From an uncultured Solirubrobacteraceae bacterium (lineage in GTDB: Bacteria > Actinomycetota > Thermoleophilia > Solirubrobacterales > Solirubrobacteraceae), in assembly GCA_963737025.1 (NCBI GenBank), contig CAVTRA010000002.1:276856-340855 (forward strand): 64,000 nt of DNA, written 5' to 3'. Of this stretch, positions 1-9,725 are shown one piece after another. A program made the translations under genes and the position numbers. Positions within the stretch are counted from its first letter, which is position 1; each line of letters begins with the position of its first letter. The notes under the pieces were generated by a model. It had not been told where the DNA came from and made no database searches. It worked only from the letters and a program-made list of their open reading frames with translations.

Positions 1-83
1 GACCCGGCTCTGCGAGCTCGACCTCCTGTACGACCAGCGGCCTTGCGAACTCCTCGAGCACCGCCGCGCGGATTCTCATCGGC

Positions 84-1424
84 TCACGCGCTCGCGCGTG
101 CGAGCAGACGCTCCTCACCTGAGAGCGTCTGGCTGGTGGCGCGTACGATCTCGACCTCGATCAGCTCGCCAGGCGCTGCCAGGCCGACGAAGTTGACCGC
201 CTTGTTGTGGCGGGTGCGTCCGCGCAGGCGCTCAGGGTCTGTTCGCGACTGGCCTTCGACGAGCACCTCGAGCGTGCGCCCGACGAAACGCTGTGCGCGC
301 TCGCGCGCCTTGAGCTGGACGAGATCAACCAGCTGCTCCATGCGCGCGACCTTCACCGGGTGCGGCACGACGCCGTCGGTGATCGTGGCCGCCTGCGTGC
401 CTCGGCGCGGGGAGAAGATGAACGTGAACGCGCTGTCGTAGCCGACCTGCTCGACGACCTCTAGCGTTTCGCGGAAGTCCTCGTCGGTCTCGCCGGGGAA
501 ACCGACGATGATGTCGGTCGTTAACGAGGTGTCGGGTACGTGCTCGCGGATCATCGCGACGCGATCGAGGTAGCGGGCACGGTCGTAGGTTCTGCGCATC
601 GCCTTCAGGATCCGGCTCGAGCCCGACTGCAGCGGCAGGTGGATGTGCTCGCACACGCTGGCGAGCTCGGCGTGCGCACGGATGACGTCCTCGCGCATGT
701 CCTTCGGGTGCGGGCTCGTGTAGCGGATGCGCTCGATGCCGTCGATGCCGTCGAGCAGGCCGAGCAGCTCGGCAAAGCTCGTCCGCTGGCGCAGGTCGCG
801 TCCGTATGAGTTGACGTTCTGTCCGAGGAGCGTCACCTCCTTCACACCATCGTCGGCCATCGCCTGCACCTCCGCAACCAGCTCGCCCGGCGCGCGGCTG
901 ACCTCGCGCCCGCGCGTCGAGGGGACGATGCAGTAGGAGCACGCGCAGTTGCAGCCGACGCTGATCTGCACCCACCCCTGATAGGCGCGCTCGCGATGCG
1001 CGGGCAGGTGGCCGGTGAAGCCCTCGAACTCGAAGAAGCCCTGTGCTGTGATCGAGTCGCTGGTGAGGAACTCGGCGAGCCTGTGCACCTGACCTGGGCC
1101 GAAGGCGACGTCGACGAACGGGAAGCGTTCGAACACCTCCTCCTTGACCGACTGCGCCCAGCAGCCGCCGACTCCGACGATCCGCTGCGGCTGCTCGCGC
1201 TTGAGCCGCTTGGCCTCGCCGAGGTGCGCAAGGAAACGGCTGTCGGCGGTCTCGCGGATCGAGCAGGTGTTGAACAGGATCAGGTCGGCGTCCGCACGCG
1301 CGGACGCCTCGACGTAGCCGAGCGCCTCCAGCATCCCCTTCATCCGCTCGGAGTCGTGCTCGTTCATCTGACATCCGAACGTCGTGAGGTGGTAGCGCAA
1401 TTGTCTATTGGGAGTTGAATCCAT
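84..1424 (-). CDS. miaB: tRNA-2-methylthio-N6-dimethylallyladenosine synthase MiaB (radical SAM methylthiotransferase)
   Basis: N-terminal TFGCQMNEHDSE (UPF0004 domain), radical SAM motif CNCACSYC, DIIVGFPGET and C-terminal TRAM-like region. Confidence 0.96.
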   Translation of the reverse strand: MDSTPNRQLRYHLTTFGCQMNEHDSERMKGMLEALGYVEASARADADLILFNTCSIRETADSRFLAHLGEAKRLKREQPQRIVGVGGCWAQSVKEEVFERFPFVDVAFGPGQVHRLAEFLTSDSITAQGFFEFEGFTGHLPAHRERAYQGWVQISVGCNCACSYCIVPSTRGREVSRAPGELVAEVQAMADDGVKEVTLLGQNVNSYGRDLRQRTSFAELLGLLDGIDGIERIRYTSPHPKDMREDVIRAHAELASVCEHIHLPLQSGSSRILKAMRRTYDRARYLDRVAMIREHVPDTSLTTDIIVGFPGETDEDFRETLEVVEQVGYDSAFTFIFSPRRGTQAATITDGVVPHPVKVARMEQLVDLVQLKARERAQRFVGRTLEVLVEGQSRTDPERLRGRTRHNKAVNFVGLAAPGELIEVEIVRATSQTLSGEERLLARASA

Positions 1425-1693
1425 CGTTCAAAGGTCCCGCAGGGCTCCTGGAAGAGTAGGGCCCGCATCGAGCTAGCGCGCGACGGCCGCGGGTTGCGCC
1501 CGTGGCGCCGGCTGTGTACGGTCGATCACCGTCGCGCCCAAGACGACGCCGGCCCCACGTTGGCGACGCCGGGCGCGGGATGCGGCGTCCTCGGAGCGGA
1601 CCCGCGACGCGCCGGGACCGCAACACCCGGGCGCCAGCCGGGTTGCCGTCCAACAAGGAGCCTCTGCCCGCCATACGAGATCGGACGACAGGT

Positions 1694-3715
1694 ATGAATG
1701 GTGTGAGAGACATGACTGGAGCGTGTCCACCGCCGACTCGCCGACACCGCGGGCGCGTTCTCGGTGCCACGCTGGCGCTGTTCCTGTTGCCGTGTGGTCC
1801 GCTCGCGTCCTCGAGCGCGCAGGCCGCTGCCACGCTTACGTGGTCTTCGGCGGCGATTCCCGGCAGCCCCCCAAGCGCCGTCTCGTGCGCCTCTGAATCC
1901 CTGTGCGTCGCGGTCAACCACGAAGGAACAGGGTTCAGCACCTTCAACCCCACGAGCCCGAGCCCGGAATGGAGCCGCACAATAAACGACCCCGGTCAAA
2001 CGCTAAACGCGGTCTCATGCGTCCCGGGCGGCCCGTGCGTGGCAGTCGATAGCGCTGGCAAAGCATGGGTGAGCGGCAACCCGTCGCCGTCCTCGATCCC
2101 CGGCGGAGGCGACCTCACCGGCATCTCCTGTCCGAGCGCCGGTCTGTGCGTCGCTGTAAATGAATCGGGCAGCGTGTTCACGACAACGAGCCCTGCGAGC
2201 GGCGGCTGGGCGCTCGCGAGCAGCCACCCGGGTCACCTGCTCGCAGTCTCATGCGGGTCGCAGACGCTTTGCGTGGCCGTCGACAGCACCGGTGACGTGC
2301 TTTCCACGACCACGCCGACGGCGACATGGTCCGAACAGAAGCTCGATTCCGAAGAACTTGTCGCCGTCTCGTGCTCGGCGAGCGGCACGTGTGTCGCCGT
2401 CGATCACGGTGGACACGCGCTCGCGAGCGCAGATCCCGGCTCTTCGGCGCCGACGTGGAGCCACACGCTGATTGACGGCGAACACCTGACCGCAGTCTCC
2501 TGCGCGCCGACGGGGCTGTGCGTCGCCGTCGACAGCCACGGCCAGGCACGAGCAAGCGACGCCCCCGCGGGGGCGATCCCGGTGTGGAGTCCCTCTAGCG
2601 CAGGGTCGAGCGCCCTCACCGGTGTGTCCTGCCTGGCTGGCGGGTTCTGCATGGCGGTCAGCACGTTCGGAAACGTCGTTGGTGGCAGGGTCCCCGCGCC
2701 GGAAGCGACGACCGTCAAGCCGACCGAAGTCACCGACGCGGGCGCGACGCTCGCAGGAGTGGTCAACCCCAACGACGCCGTGCTGGGCGCGTGCGCGTTC
2801 GAATACGGGACGTCGGTCGCCTACGTGCAGGCGATCCCGTGCAGCGTACTGCCGACCGCGCTCGGTGGCGCACAGAGCGTCTCGGCGCAGATCGCGGGCC
2901 TCGCCGCGAACACCACCTACCACTATCGCGTCACCGCCACCAGCCCATCCGGCACCACGGTGGGAGCCGACGAAGCATTCACGACGGCCGTCAACTCGTC
3001 GGTGGCGATCGTCCATCCGAACCCGACAATCTCGGGCACGCCCGCCAACGGGCAGCACCTGACGTGCCACGCAGGCACACCCTCAGGCACCACCGCACAG
3101 CTGACCTACGCGTGGCTTCGCGATTTGATCCCGATCCCCGGAGCAATCAGCTCGACGTACACGGTCAAAGGCCAGGACACCGGCCATCACCTCCAGTGCC
3201 AGGTGACGGCGACCGACGGCGGCGGCAGCGCCACCGCGAAGAGCGCATTCGTGACGATTCCCGTCGGCGGCGTGCCTGTGTCGGCAGGAGAGACGGCGAT
3301 CGGAAGGGCCGGCTTCAGGAGCGGCAAGCTGATCGTGCCGGTGTCGTGCTCGAGTCAGGCGAGTGGGACCTGCAACGTCTTGCTACGGCTGACGGCCGCG
3401 GAGACGTTGAGCGGCGGGAAGATCGTCGCGGTCGCCGCGCGCACACGGCGCGCGCGCAAGAGCGCGGGGCTGGGCCACCGCACGGTCACGCTCGTGAGCG
3501 TGCGGCTGCGGCTCGGGCGAGGGACGCACGCGACCGTCGCCGCCGCGCTCGGCACAACTGGACGGCGCCTGCTCGCACGGGAGCACCACTTCACCGCCGA
3601 CCTCACCGTGACCGGAACGATCATCGGTGTGATCGAAGGCCAGCTCGCCCAGCAGCTGGTGACGCTGAGCAACGGCGCTCACGGCGCGTCCACGCATGCC
3701 ACGCGACGCGGCTAG
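1694..3715 (+). CDS. Secreted multidomain surface protein: seven Cys-paired propeller-like repeats, FnIII-like domain, Ig-like domain, basic C-terminal domain
   Basis: Signal-like VLGATLALFLLPCGPLASSSAQA. Seven (A/G)(V/I)SC-x5-C(V/M)AV repeats, then LAANTTYHYRVTAT (FnIII-like) and LTYAWLRD...LQCQVTAT (Ig-like). Start placed at ATG 1694 (alternative 1712) rather than the track's 1502. Confidence 0.8.
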   Translation: MNGVRDMTGACPPPTRRHRGRVLGATLALFLLPCGPLASSSAQAAATLTWSSAAIPGSPPSAVSCASESLCVAVNHEGTGFSTFNPTSPSPEWSRTINDPGQTLNAVSCVPGGPCVAVDSAGKAWVSGNPSPSSIPGGGDLTGISCPSAGLCVAVNESGSVFTTTSPASGGWALASSHPGHLLAVSCGSQTLCVAVDSTGDVLSTTTPTATWSEQKLDSEELVAVSCSASGTCVAVDHGGHALASADPGSSAPTWSHTLIDGEHLTAVSCAPTGLCVAVDSHGQARASDAPAGAIPVWSPSSAGSSALTGVSCLAGGFCMAVSTFGNVVGGRVPAPEATTVKPTEVTDAGATLAGVVNPNDAVLGACAFEYGTSVAYVQAIPCSVLPTALGGAQSVSAQIAGLAANTTYHYRVTATSPSGTTVGADEAFTTAVNSSVAIVHPNPTISGTPANGQHLTCHAGTPSGTTAQLTYAWLRDLIPIPGAISSTYTVKGQDTGHHLQCQVTATDGGGSATAKSAFVTIPVGGVPVSAGETAIGRAGFRSGKLIVPVSCSSQASGTCNVLLRLTAAETLSGGKIVAVAARTRRARKSAGLGHRTVTLVSVRLRLGRGTHATVAAALGTTGRRLLAREHHFTADLTVTGTIIGVIEGQLAQQLVTLSNGAHGASTHATRRG

Positions 3716-3725
3716 CTGCTCGCGC

Positions 3726-4961
3726 ATGGCTGCGGCGCTGCTGACGGCGCTCGTGTTGTCACTCGTGACGACGCAGACCAGCCAGGCGCGACCCGCGAGC
3801 GTCGCGGCCAGAAGCGTGCTGGCCGCGACGCCGTACATGGGCTGGGACACCTACTTCGCGGTTGGCGGCAACTACAGCGAGTCAACGATCCTCCGGGAGG
3901 CGAGCCAGCTCGACGCGCTCGGCCTCGAGCGCCGTGGCTACCGCTACGTGTGGCTCGACGTCGGCTGGTGGCACGGGTCGCGCAACGCCGCCGGGCAGAT
4001 CACCGTCAGCTCCAGGCAGTGGCCACACGGGCTGGCGTGGCTGACCAGGACGCTGCACGCCGCCGGCTTTCTCGTCGGGCTCTACACCGACGCCGGCCCG
4101 AACGGGTGCGGTGGCGCGGGACAGGGCAGCTACGGCCATTACCAGCAGGACGTCAACACGTTCGCCGCGTGGGGCTTTGACGCGGTCAAGGTCGACTTCT
4201 GCGGCGGCGCGGAATACCACCTGAACCCCGCGAGTGCCTACTCGCAGTTCCACGCAGCGATCCTCGCCAACGCGAGCCACCGGCCGATGCTGCTGTCGAT
4301 CTGCGACTTCCTGCAGCCCGAACAGTACGGCGAAGGTCGTCCCATCGTGGACGAATCGGCCTTCTCCTCCTACAGCTTCGGCCCGACCGTCGGTAACAGT
4401 TGGCGTACGGACACCGACGTGGGACTGCCAGGCAACGTGCCGTTCGCGGACGTGCTGCGCAACATGGACGCGGACGCCGCGGCGCCGCAGGCGGCCGGTC
4501 CCGGGCACTGGAACGACCCTGACTATCTCGGCCCCGACCAGGGGATGTCCGCGACCCAGTTCCGCTCGCAGTTCAGTATGTGGGCGATGCTCGCCGCGCC
4601 GCTGATGATCAGCGACGATCTCACGAAGATCAGCTCTGCGAGCCTGCAGGCGGTCGAGAACAGCGAAGTGATCGCCGTCGACCAGGACCCAGCCGGCATC
4701 CAGGGCACGCTGCTGTCCACCTCTGGCAATGGTCAGGTGTGGGTCAAGCCGCTCAGCGACGGCTCACGCGCCGTCGCGCTGCTGAACCGTGGCTCGAGCG
4801 CCGCCTTCATCACGACGAACGCGCGCGCCATCGGCCTGCCGGCAGCCACCAGCTACACGCTGCGTAACGTCTGGACGCACACCACGAGCTCGACCGGCGG
4901 CACGATTAGTGCCGACGTGCCTGGCGACAGCACCGTGCTGTTGCGCGTGGCGCCGCGCTGA
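3726..4961 (+). CDS. Secreted glycoside hydrolase family 27 (alpha-galactosidase-like)
   Basis: TPYMGWDTY, WLDVGWW, FDAVKVDFC (nucleophile Asp), SWRTDTD, GHWNDPDYL, QFSMWAMLAAPLMIS, and C-terminal AVALLNRG beta-sandwich. Start placed at ATG 3726, just after the upstream stop. Confidence 0.92.
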   Translation: MAAALLTALVLSLVTTQTSQARPASVAARSVLAATPYMGWDTYFAVGGNYSESTILREASQLDALGLERRGYRYVWLDVGWWHGSRNAAGQITVSSRQWPHGLAWLTRTLHAAGFLVGLYTDAGPNGCGGAGQGSYGHYQQDVNTFAAWGFDAVKVDFCGGAEYHLNPASAYSQFHAAILANASHRPMLLSICDFLQPEQYGEGRPIVDESAFSSYSFGPTVGNSWRTDTDVGLPGNVPFADVLRNMDADAAAPQAAGPGHWNDPDYLGPDQGMSATQFRSQFSMWAMLAAPLMISDDLTKISSASLQAVENSEVIAVDQDPAGIQGTLLSTSGNGQVWVKPLSDGSRAVALLNRGSSAAFITTNARAIGLPAATSYTLRNVWTHTTSSTGGTISADVPGDSTVLLRVAPR

Positions 4962-4968
4962 GCGGCCT

Positions 4969-6066
<1,098 letters not shown>

Positions 6067-6120
6067 GGTCTGACTCCTCCTGTTCGAAATGGACTGGAGA
6101 AGCTAGACGGCGCTGCGGAC

Positions 6121-6134
6121 GGAACAGTTGTTCG
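6121..6134. promoter_or_regulatory. LexA (SOS) box upstream of recA
   Basis: GGAACAGTTGTTCG contains GAAC-N4-GTTC, the Gram-positive/actinobacterial LexA operator core, about 55 bp upstream of the recA start. Confidence 0.75.
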
Positions 6135-6286
6135 TATTCCGCTTGCGCCCCCTGCGCCGGGTCGGCCTCGTCCGCTGAGCCACCCACAGCGGCGCTCACC
6201 CGTCCACAGGCCCGGCGCGGGACTCTTGCGGAGGGCCCGGGTTGCCGATACATGACAAGTCCCCAGCTCGTTGTGCTCCCTCTCCC

Positions 6287-6850
6287 ATGACCGTCCGCCC
6301 GTCCGCCCGTCTCACCACAGCCCTTACGCTTGCGCTGGCGCTGCTTGCGCTGCTCGTGACGCTCCTGGGGCCCGCCCAGACGCTCGCTCAGACACGCAAG
6401 GCGTGCTCGACCCCCACGAGTCAGGCAAAGACTAAACACGCCCGCACCTGCCCGCGGTCCTCGCGGCGGGGCAAGAGGAAGCATCACTCGAGCAGACACC
6501 ACGCCAAGCACGCACCCGGCAACAACACCTCCCAGACGAGCGTCCCCGCCTCCGCTTCGGTCCAGCCGGCGCACTGTGAAAGCGGCCAGACACCCGTGCG
6601 CGGCACCGACGGGACCTTCTCCTGCCGCGATGGCTCCGAACCGGAATGCGAAAACGGCGCGACGCCGACGGCCTCGCGCAAGGGCAACAGCCTCGTGTGC
6701 CCCGTCTCAAGCGAAGCCGAATCGAGCTCGACCGCCACCGAATGCGAAGAAGAAGAATCCGGCTGCGCCGCCGCGGCGGGCGAACAGCCCTGCGAAACAT
6801 CGGGCAGCGACGGCTCGAGCTTCAGCTGCGAAGTCGACAGCGAAGACTGA
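6287..6850 (+). CDS. Hypothetical secreted protein with a basic His-rich linker and an acidic Cys-rich C-terminus
   Basis: Hydrophobic signal (ALTLALALLALLVTLLGPA), RRGKRKHHSSRHHAKH, then about 8 Cys in an acidic tail. Start placed at ATG 6287. Confidence 0.65.
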   Translation: MTVRPSARLTTALTLALALLALLVTLLGPAQTLAQTRKACSTPTSQAKTKHARTCPRSSRRGKRKHHSSRHHAKHAPGNNTSQTSVPASASVQPAHCESGQTPVRGTDGTFSCRDGSEPECENGATPTASRKGNSLVCPVSSEAESSSTATECEEEESGCAAAAGEQPCETSGSDGSSFSCEVDSED

Positions 6851-6866
6851 GCCGTCCAGAGCCTGC

Positions 6867-7490
6867 TCAGCGTCCGGCCGGCGCGAGCTCGCTGCTGGCG
6901 AGCGCCTCGTAGCTGGCGCCCTCGCGCGAGAGCCACGAGCGGTAGAGCACGACCGCCTGCGGCGCGAAGCTGAGCCGCGGCGTCGCGGGAAGCGACTGCT
7001 CGAGGCCGTCGCGAGCCGATCGCTCGGCACTCGAGCGGCGCCCTAGCCCCCCGCGACGCAGGCGAGCAACCGTGATGTGCGGCCGGAAGCGACGCCGCTC
7101 GGGCTGCCAACTGCTCACGCTGCAGAGTTCCGCGCTGAGCTCCCGCTGCACCCGCTCGAGCTCGCCATCGTGGTCGTGGATCTCCGCCGCGAGCGCGTGC
7201 GGGCGCCGCGGTGGCAGCCACACCGGCGCGCCCACCGACAGCTCGCACGTGTGCTCGCCGGCGGCTGCGAGCGCTCCCGCAAGCGCGTCGATCTCGCCCA
7301 CCGGCCGGCTGCCGAGAAAGCACAGCGTCAGGTGCAGCGACTGCCCGTCCAGCAGCCGCAACGCTCCGCGCGAGCTTCCGAGAGCCCGCGCCGCCACAGC
7401 GACGCTGCGCGCCCACGCGGCCAGCTCCTCGCGCACCGCCAGCGGCGGGTCGACCGCCACGAACAGCCTCGCTGTGGCACCGCGGGACAT
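6867..7490 (-). CDS. thpR: RNA 2',3'-cyclic phosphodiesterase (2H family)
   Basis: RLFVAVDPP and the two 2H motifs LHLTLCFLG and FRPHITVAR; located downstream of cinA. Start placed at ATG 7490. Confidence 0.9.
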   Translation of the reverse strand: MSRGATARLFVAVDPPLAVREELAAWARSVAVAARALGSSRGALRLLDGQSLHLTLCFLGSRPVGEIDALAGALAAAGEHTCELSVGAPVWLPPRRPHALAAEIHDHDGELERVQRELSAELCSVSSWQPERRRFRPHITVARLRRGGLGRRSSAERSARDGLEQSLPATPRLSFAPQAVVLYRSWLSREGASYEALASSELAPAGR

Positions 7491-7539
7491 CGCGCCAGCC
7501 GATGCTAGCGCCCTCCGGCGCTGCCCGAGAGCAGGCCGC

Positions 7540-8916
7540 TCAGGCAGCGCTGGCGGCGACGGAGTCCAGCAACGCACGACGAACGAGATGCAGCGCGATC
7601 GTGGTCGCGCGGTCGCGCACGTCGGCTCTGCCTCCGGGGAGGTTGACCGAGCGGGTGAGTTGGCCAATCTCCGATTGCTCGGCGCCGGCGAGCGTGACGC
7701 TCAGCCACACGAGCCCCACAGGCTTCTCCTCGGTGCCGCCGCCGGGTCCCGCGACGCCGGTGATCCCCACGCCCACGTCAGCGCCCAGGCGCTCACGCGC
7801 GCCGTCGGCGAGGGCGCGTGCGACCTCACCCGAGACCGCGCCGTACACGTCGATCAATTCGCGGGGCACGCCCGCGAGCGAGACCTTCGCCTCGTTGGAG
7901 TAGACGACGAGGCCGCCGAGGAAGTAGTCGGAGGCGCCAGGCAACTCGGTCAGGCGCGCCGCGAGCAGCCCGCCGGTGCACGACTCCGCCGTCGCGATCG
8001 TGCGACGCGCGCGCGCGTTGTCCGGTGGCTGGGATCCTCTCAGGAGCGCCGCGACCTGCTGATCGACGGTGCTGCCATCGCGCGAGAACAGCGTGTCGGC
8101 GTGGCGCTGCTCGACGACCCCCACGAACGCGTCATAAGCATTCTGGGCGTCGGGCTCATAGCGCGTCACGATCTCGACCTCGCCGCGTTTCAGGCAGGTG
8201 GTGACCTCGAGGCTCGAGAGCTCGACCCCGTCGCGCTCGGCGATCCGCAGTGTCTCGGCGATCTCGGACTCGGGGATCCCAAAGAGGCGCAGCGTGTGCT
8301 GGTGGTAGACGGTGGCGCCCGCGAGCGCGCGCTGAAGCGCCTCGGTCGCGAGCGCCTGTGTCCACATTGGCTGCAGCTCCCGCGGCGGACCCGGCAGCAC
8401 GACGACGATGGGGCCAGCGCCACCACGGGCGCTCTCGCTCGCCGGCACCACCAGCCCCGGCGCCGTCCCGACCGGCTCGAGCACCGTCGCGCCGCGGGGG
8501 ATAGTCGCCTGCTTGCGGTTGGCCTCGGCGATCGCCTCGGGGTCGATGTTGGGCCAGCGTTTCATCAGCGGGCGCACGATCTGTGCTATCCGCTCTGAGA
8601 GCTGCTCGTCGAGCACCATCTCCAGACCCTGGAAGGCGCCGACGACCGCGGCCGTCAGGTCGTCGGCGGTCGGTCCGAGGCCGCCGCTGGTGATGATCAG
8701 CTCGATGCCGCGCTCGGCCATGAACTCAAGTGCCGTGCGCATGTCTTCGGGGCGGTCCCCGACGACGGTCGTGTAGGCCAGCTCGACACCGAGCTCGCGC
8801 AGTCGCTCGGCGAGCCATGGCCCGTTGCGGTCGCTGACCCGGCCTGTCAGCACCTCGGTGCCGGTCACGACGATCCCGGCTCGGGGCGGCCGGTCTGCGC
8901 TCGAGCGTGCGCTCAC
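7540..8916 (-). CDS. cinA: Competence/damage-inducible protein CinA (MoCF-like domain plus NMN deamidase domain)
   Basis: [38 protein letters not shown], and C-terminal ATAESCTGG / [14 protein letters not shown] start overlaps the upstream stop (GTGA). Confidence 0.93.
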   Translation of the reverse strand: MSARSSADRPPRAGIVVTGTEVLTGRVSDRNGPWLAERLRELGVELAYTTVVGDRPEDMRTALEFMAERGIELIITSGGLGPTADDLTAAVVGAFQGLEMVLDEQLSERIAQIVRPLMKRWPNIDPEAIAEANRKQATIPRGATVLEPVGTAPGLVVPASESARGGAGPIVVVLPGPPRELQPMWTQALATEALQRALAGATVYHQHTLRLFGIPESEIAETLRIAERDGVELSSLEVTTCLKRGEVEIVTRYEPDAQNAYDAFVGVVEQRHADTLFSRDGSTVDQQVAALLRGSQPPDNARARRTIATAESCTGGLLAARLTELPGASDYFLGGLVVYSNEAKVSLAGVPRELIDVYGAVSGEVARALADGARERLGADVGVGITGVAGPGGGTEEKPVGLVWLSVTLAGAEQSEIGQLTRSVNLPGGRADVRDRATTIALHLVRRALLDSVAASAA

Positions 8917-9713
8917 TTGCACGTCGGCAGCTGGCCCGGAGCGAGCGATTTGCGCCCGAAGGCCTTGGTGATCGAGTAGCCGATCGCCTGGCTGGAGGGC
9001 GCCACCGTCCGTGCAGTGCCGTCCACGAACATCGTCACCGAGCTGTTCCCGAGCGTGATCTCAAAGCGTTTTGCATGGTACGTCGGCGTGCTTTCCCCCG
9101 GCTGCAGCTCGATGCCGGGGATCAGCTTGCGCCCGTTGTCGCCGAGCAGGCAGACGTAGACGACGGCGGTGGGTCGCAGTGAGAGCGCCACGAGTGCAGT
9201 CGAAGCGGCGTGGTGGGTGGTCGTCGCCCGCGCGTGGTGTCGCGTGGCGGATTTGTGGTGGAGAGTGGCGGCGTTTGTCGTCGTGCCGGTGGTTGAGCCG
9301 CCGCCGCCGCCGGTCACGAGCAGGACGATCAGCGCGATTATCACGACGCCGATGACGCTGACGGCGACCATGTAGCCACGGGACGGCCCATCGCTGGATC
9401 CGCCTGCGCCTCGCCCGCGCGTGCGCGAGCGTTTGCTCTGCGGCGTCGAGACGATCGGCTCGAGCATCGCCTCGCTCGGACGCTCGTGATGCAGGCGGTA
9501 CTCCTCGACCATCGCCTTGCCGTCGAGGCCGAGCGCCTGGGCGTAGGTGCGCAGGAAGCTCTTGACGAACGTCGGGCCCGGCAACAGGCCCCACTCTTCG
9601 TTCTCGAGGGCGCGCAGGTACTTCGCGCGGATCTTCGTCTGCGCCTCGATCTCTGACACGTCGATGCGGGCGCGCATACGCGCCTCGCGTAGCGTTGCTC
9701 CGATCTCGGGCAT
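8913..9713 (-). CDS. rodZ: RodZ-like membrane protein (HTH_25 domain, transmembrane segment, C-terminal domain)
   Basis: IGATLREAR...[16 protein letters not shown]...[16 protein letters not shown], a single TM segment, and position between ftsK and cinA. Confidence 0.8.
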   Translation of the reverse strand: MPEIGATLREARMRARIDVSEIEAQTKIRAKYLRALENEEWGLLPGPTFVKSFLRTYAQALGLDGKAMVEEYRLHHERPSEAMLEPIVSTPQSKRSRTRGRGAGGSSDGPSRGYMVAVSVIGVVIIALIVLLVTGGGGGSTTGTTTNAATLHHKSATRHHARATTTHHAASTALVALSLRPTAVVYVCLLGDNGRKLIPGIELQPGESTPTYHAKRFEITLGNSSVTMFVDGTARTVAPSSQAIGYSITKAFGRKSLAPGQLPTCK

Positions 9714-9725
9714 CAGCGCAAGAGG

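Noticed and set aside
1425-1693. Several hairpins in the miaB / surface-protein intergenic region (possible riboswitch or sRNA)
   Set aside because: No invariant motifs of the cobalamin, c-di-AMP, ZTP or SAM aptamers were found, and stems of this length are expected at this GC content.
6180-6210. Two CCACAG words upstream of recA (possible DnaA boxes)
   Set aside because: Poor match to TT(A/T)TNCACA, and no origin context.
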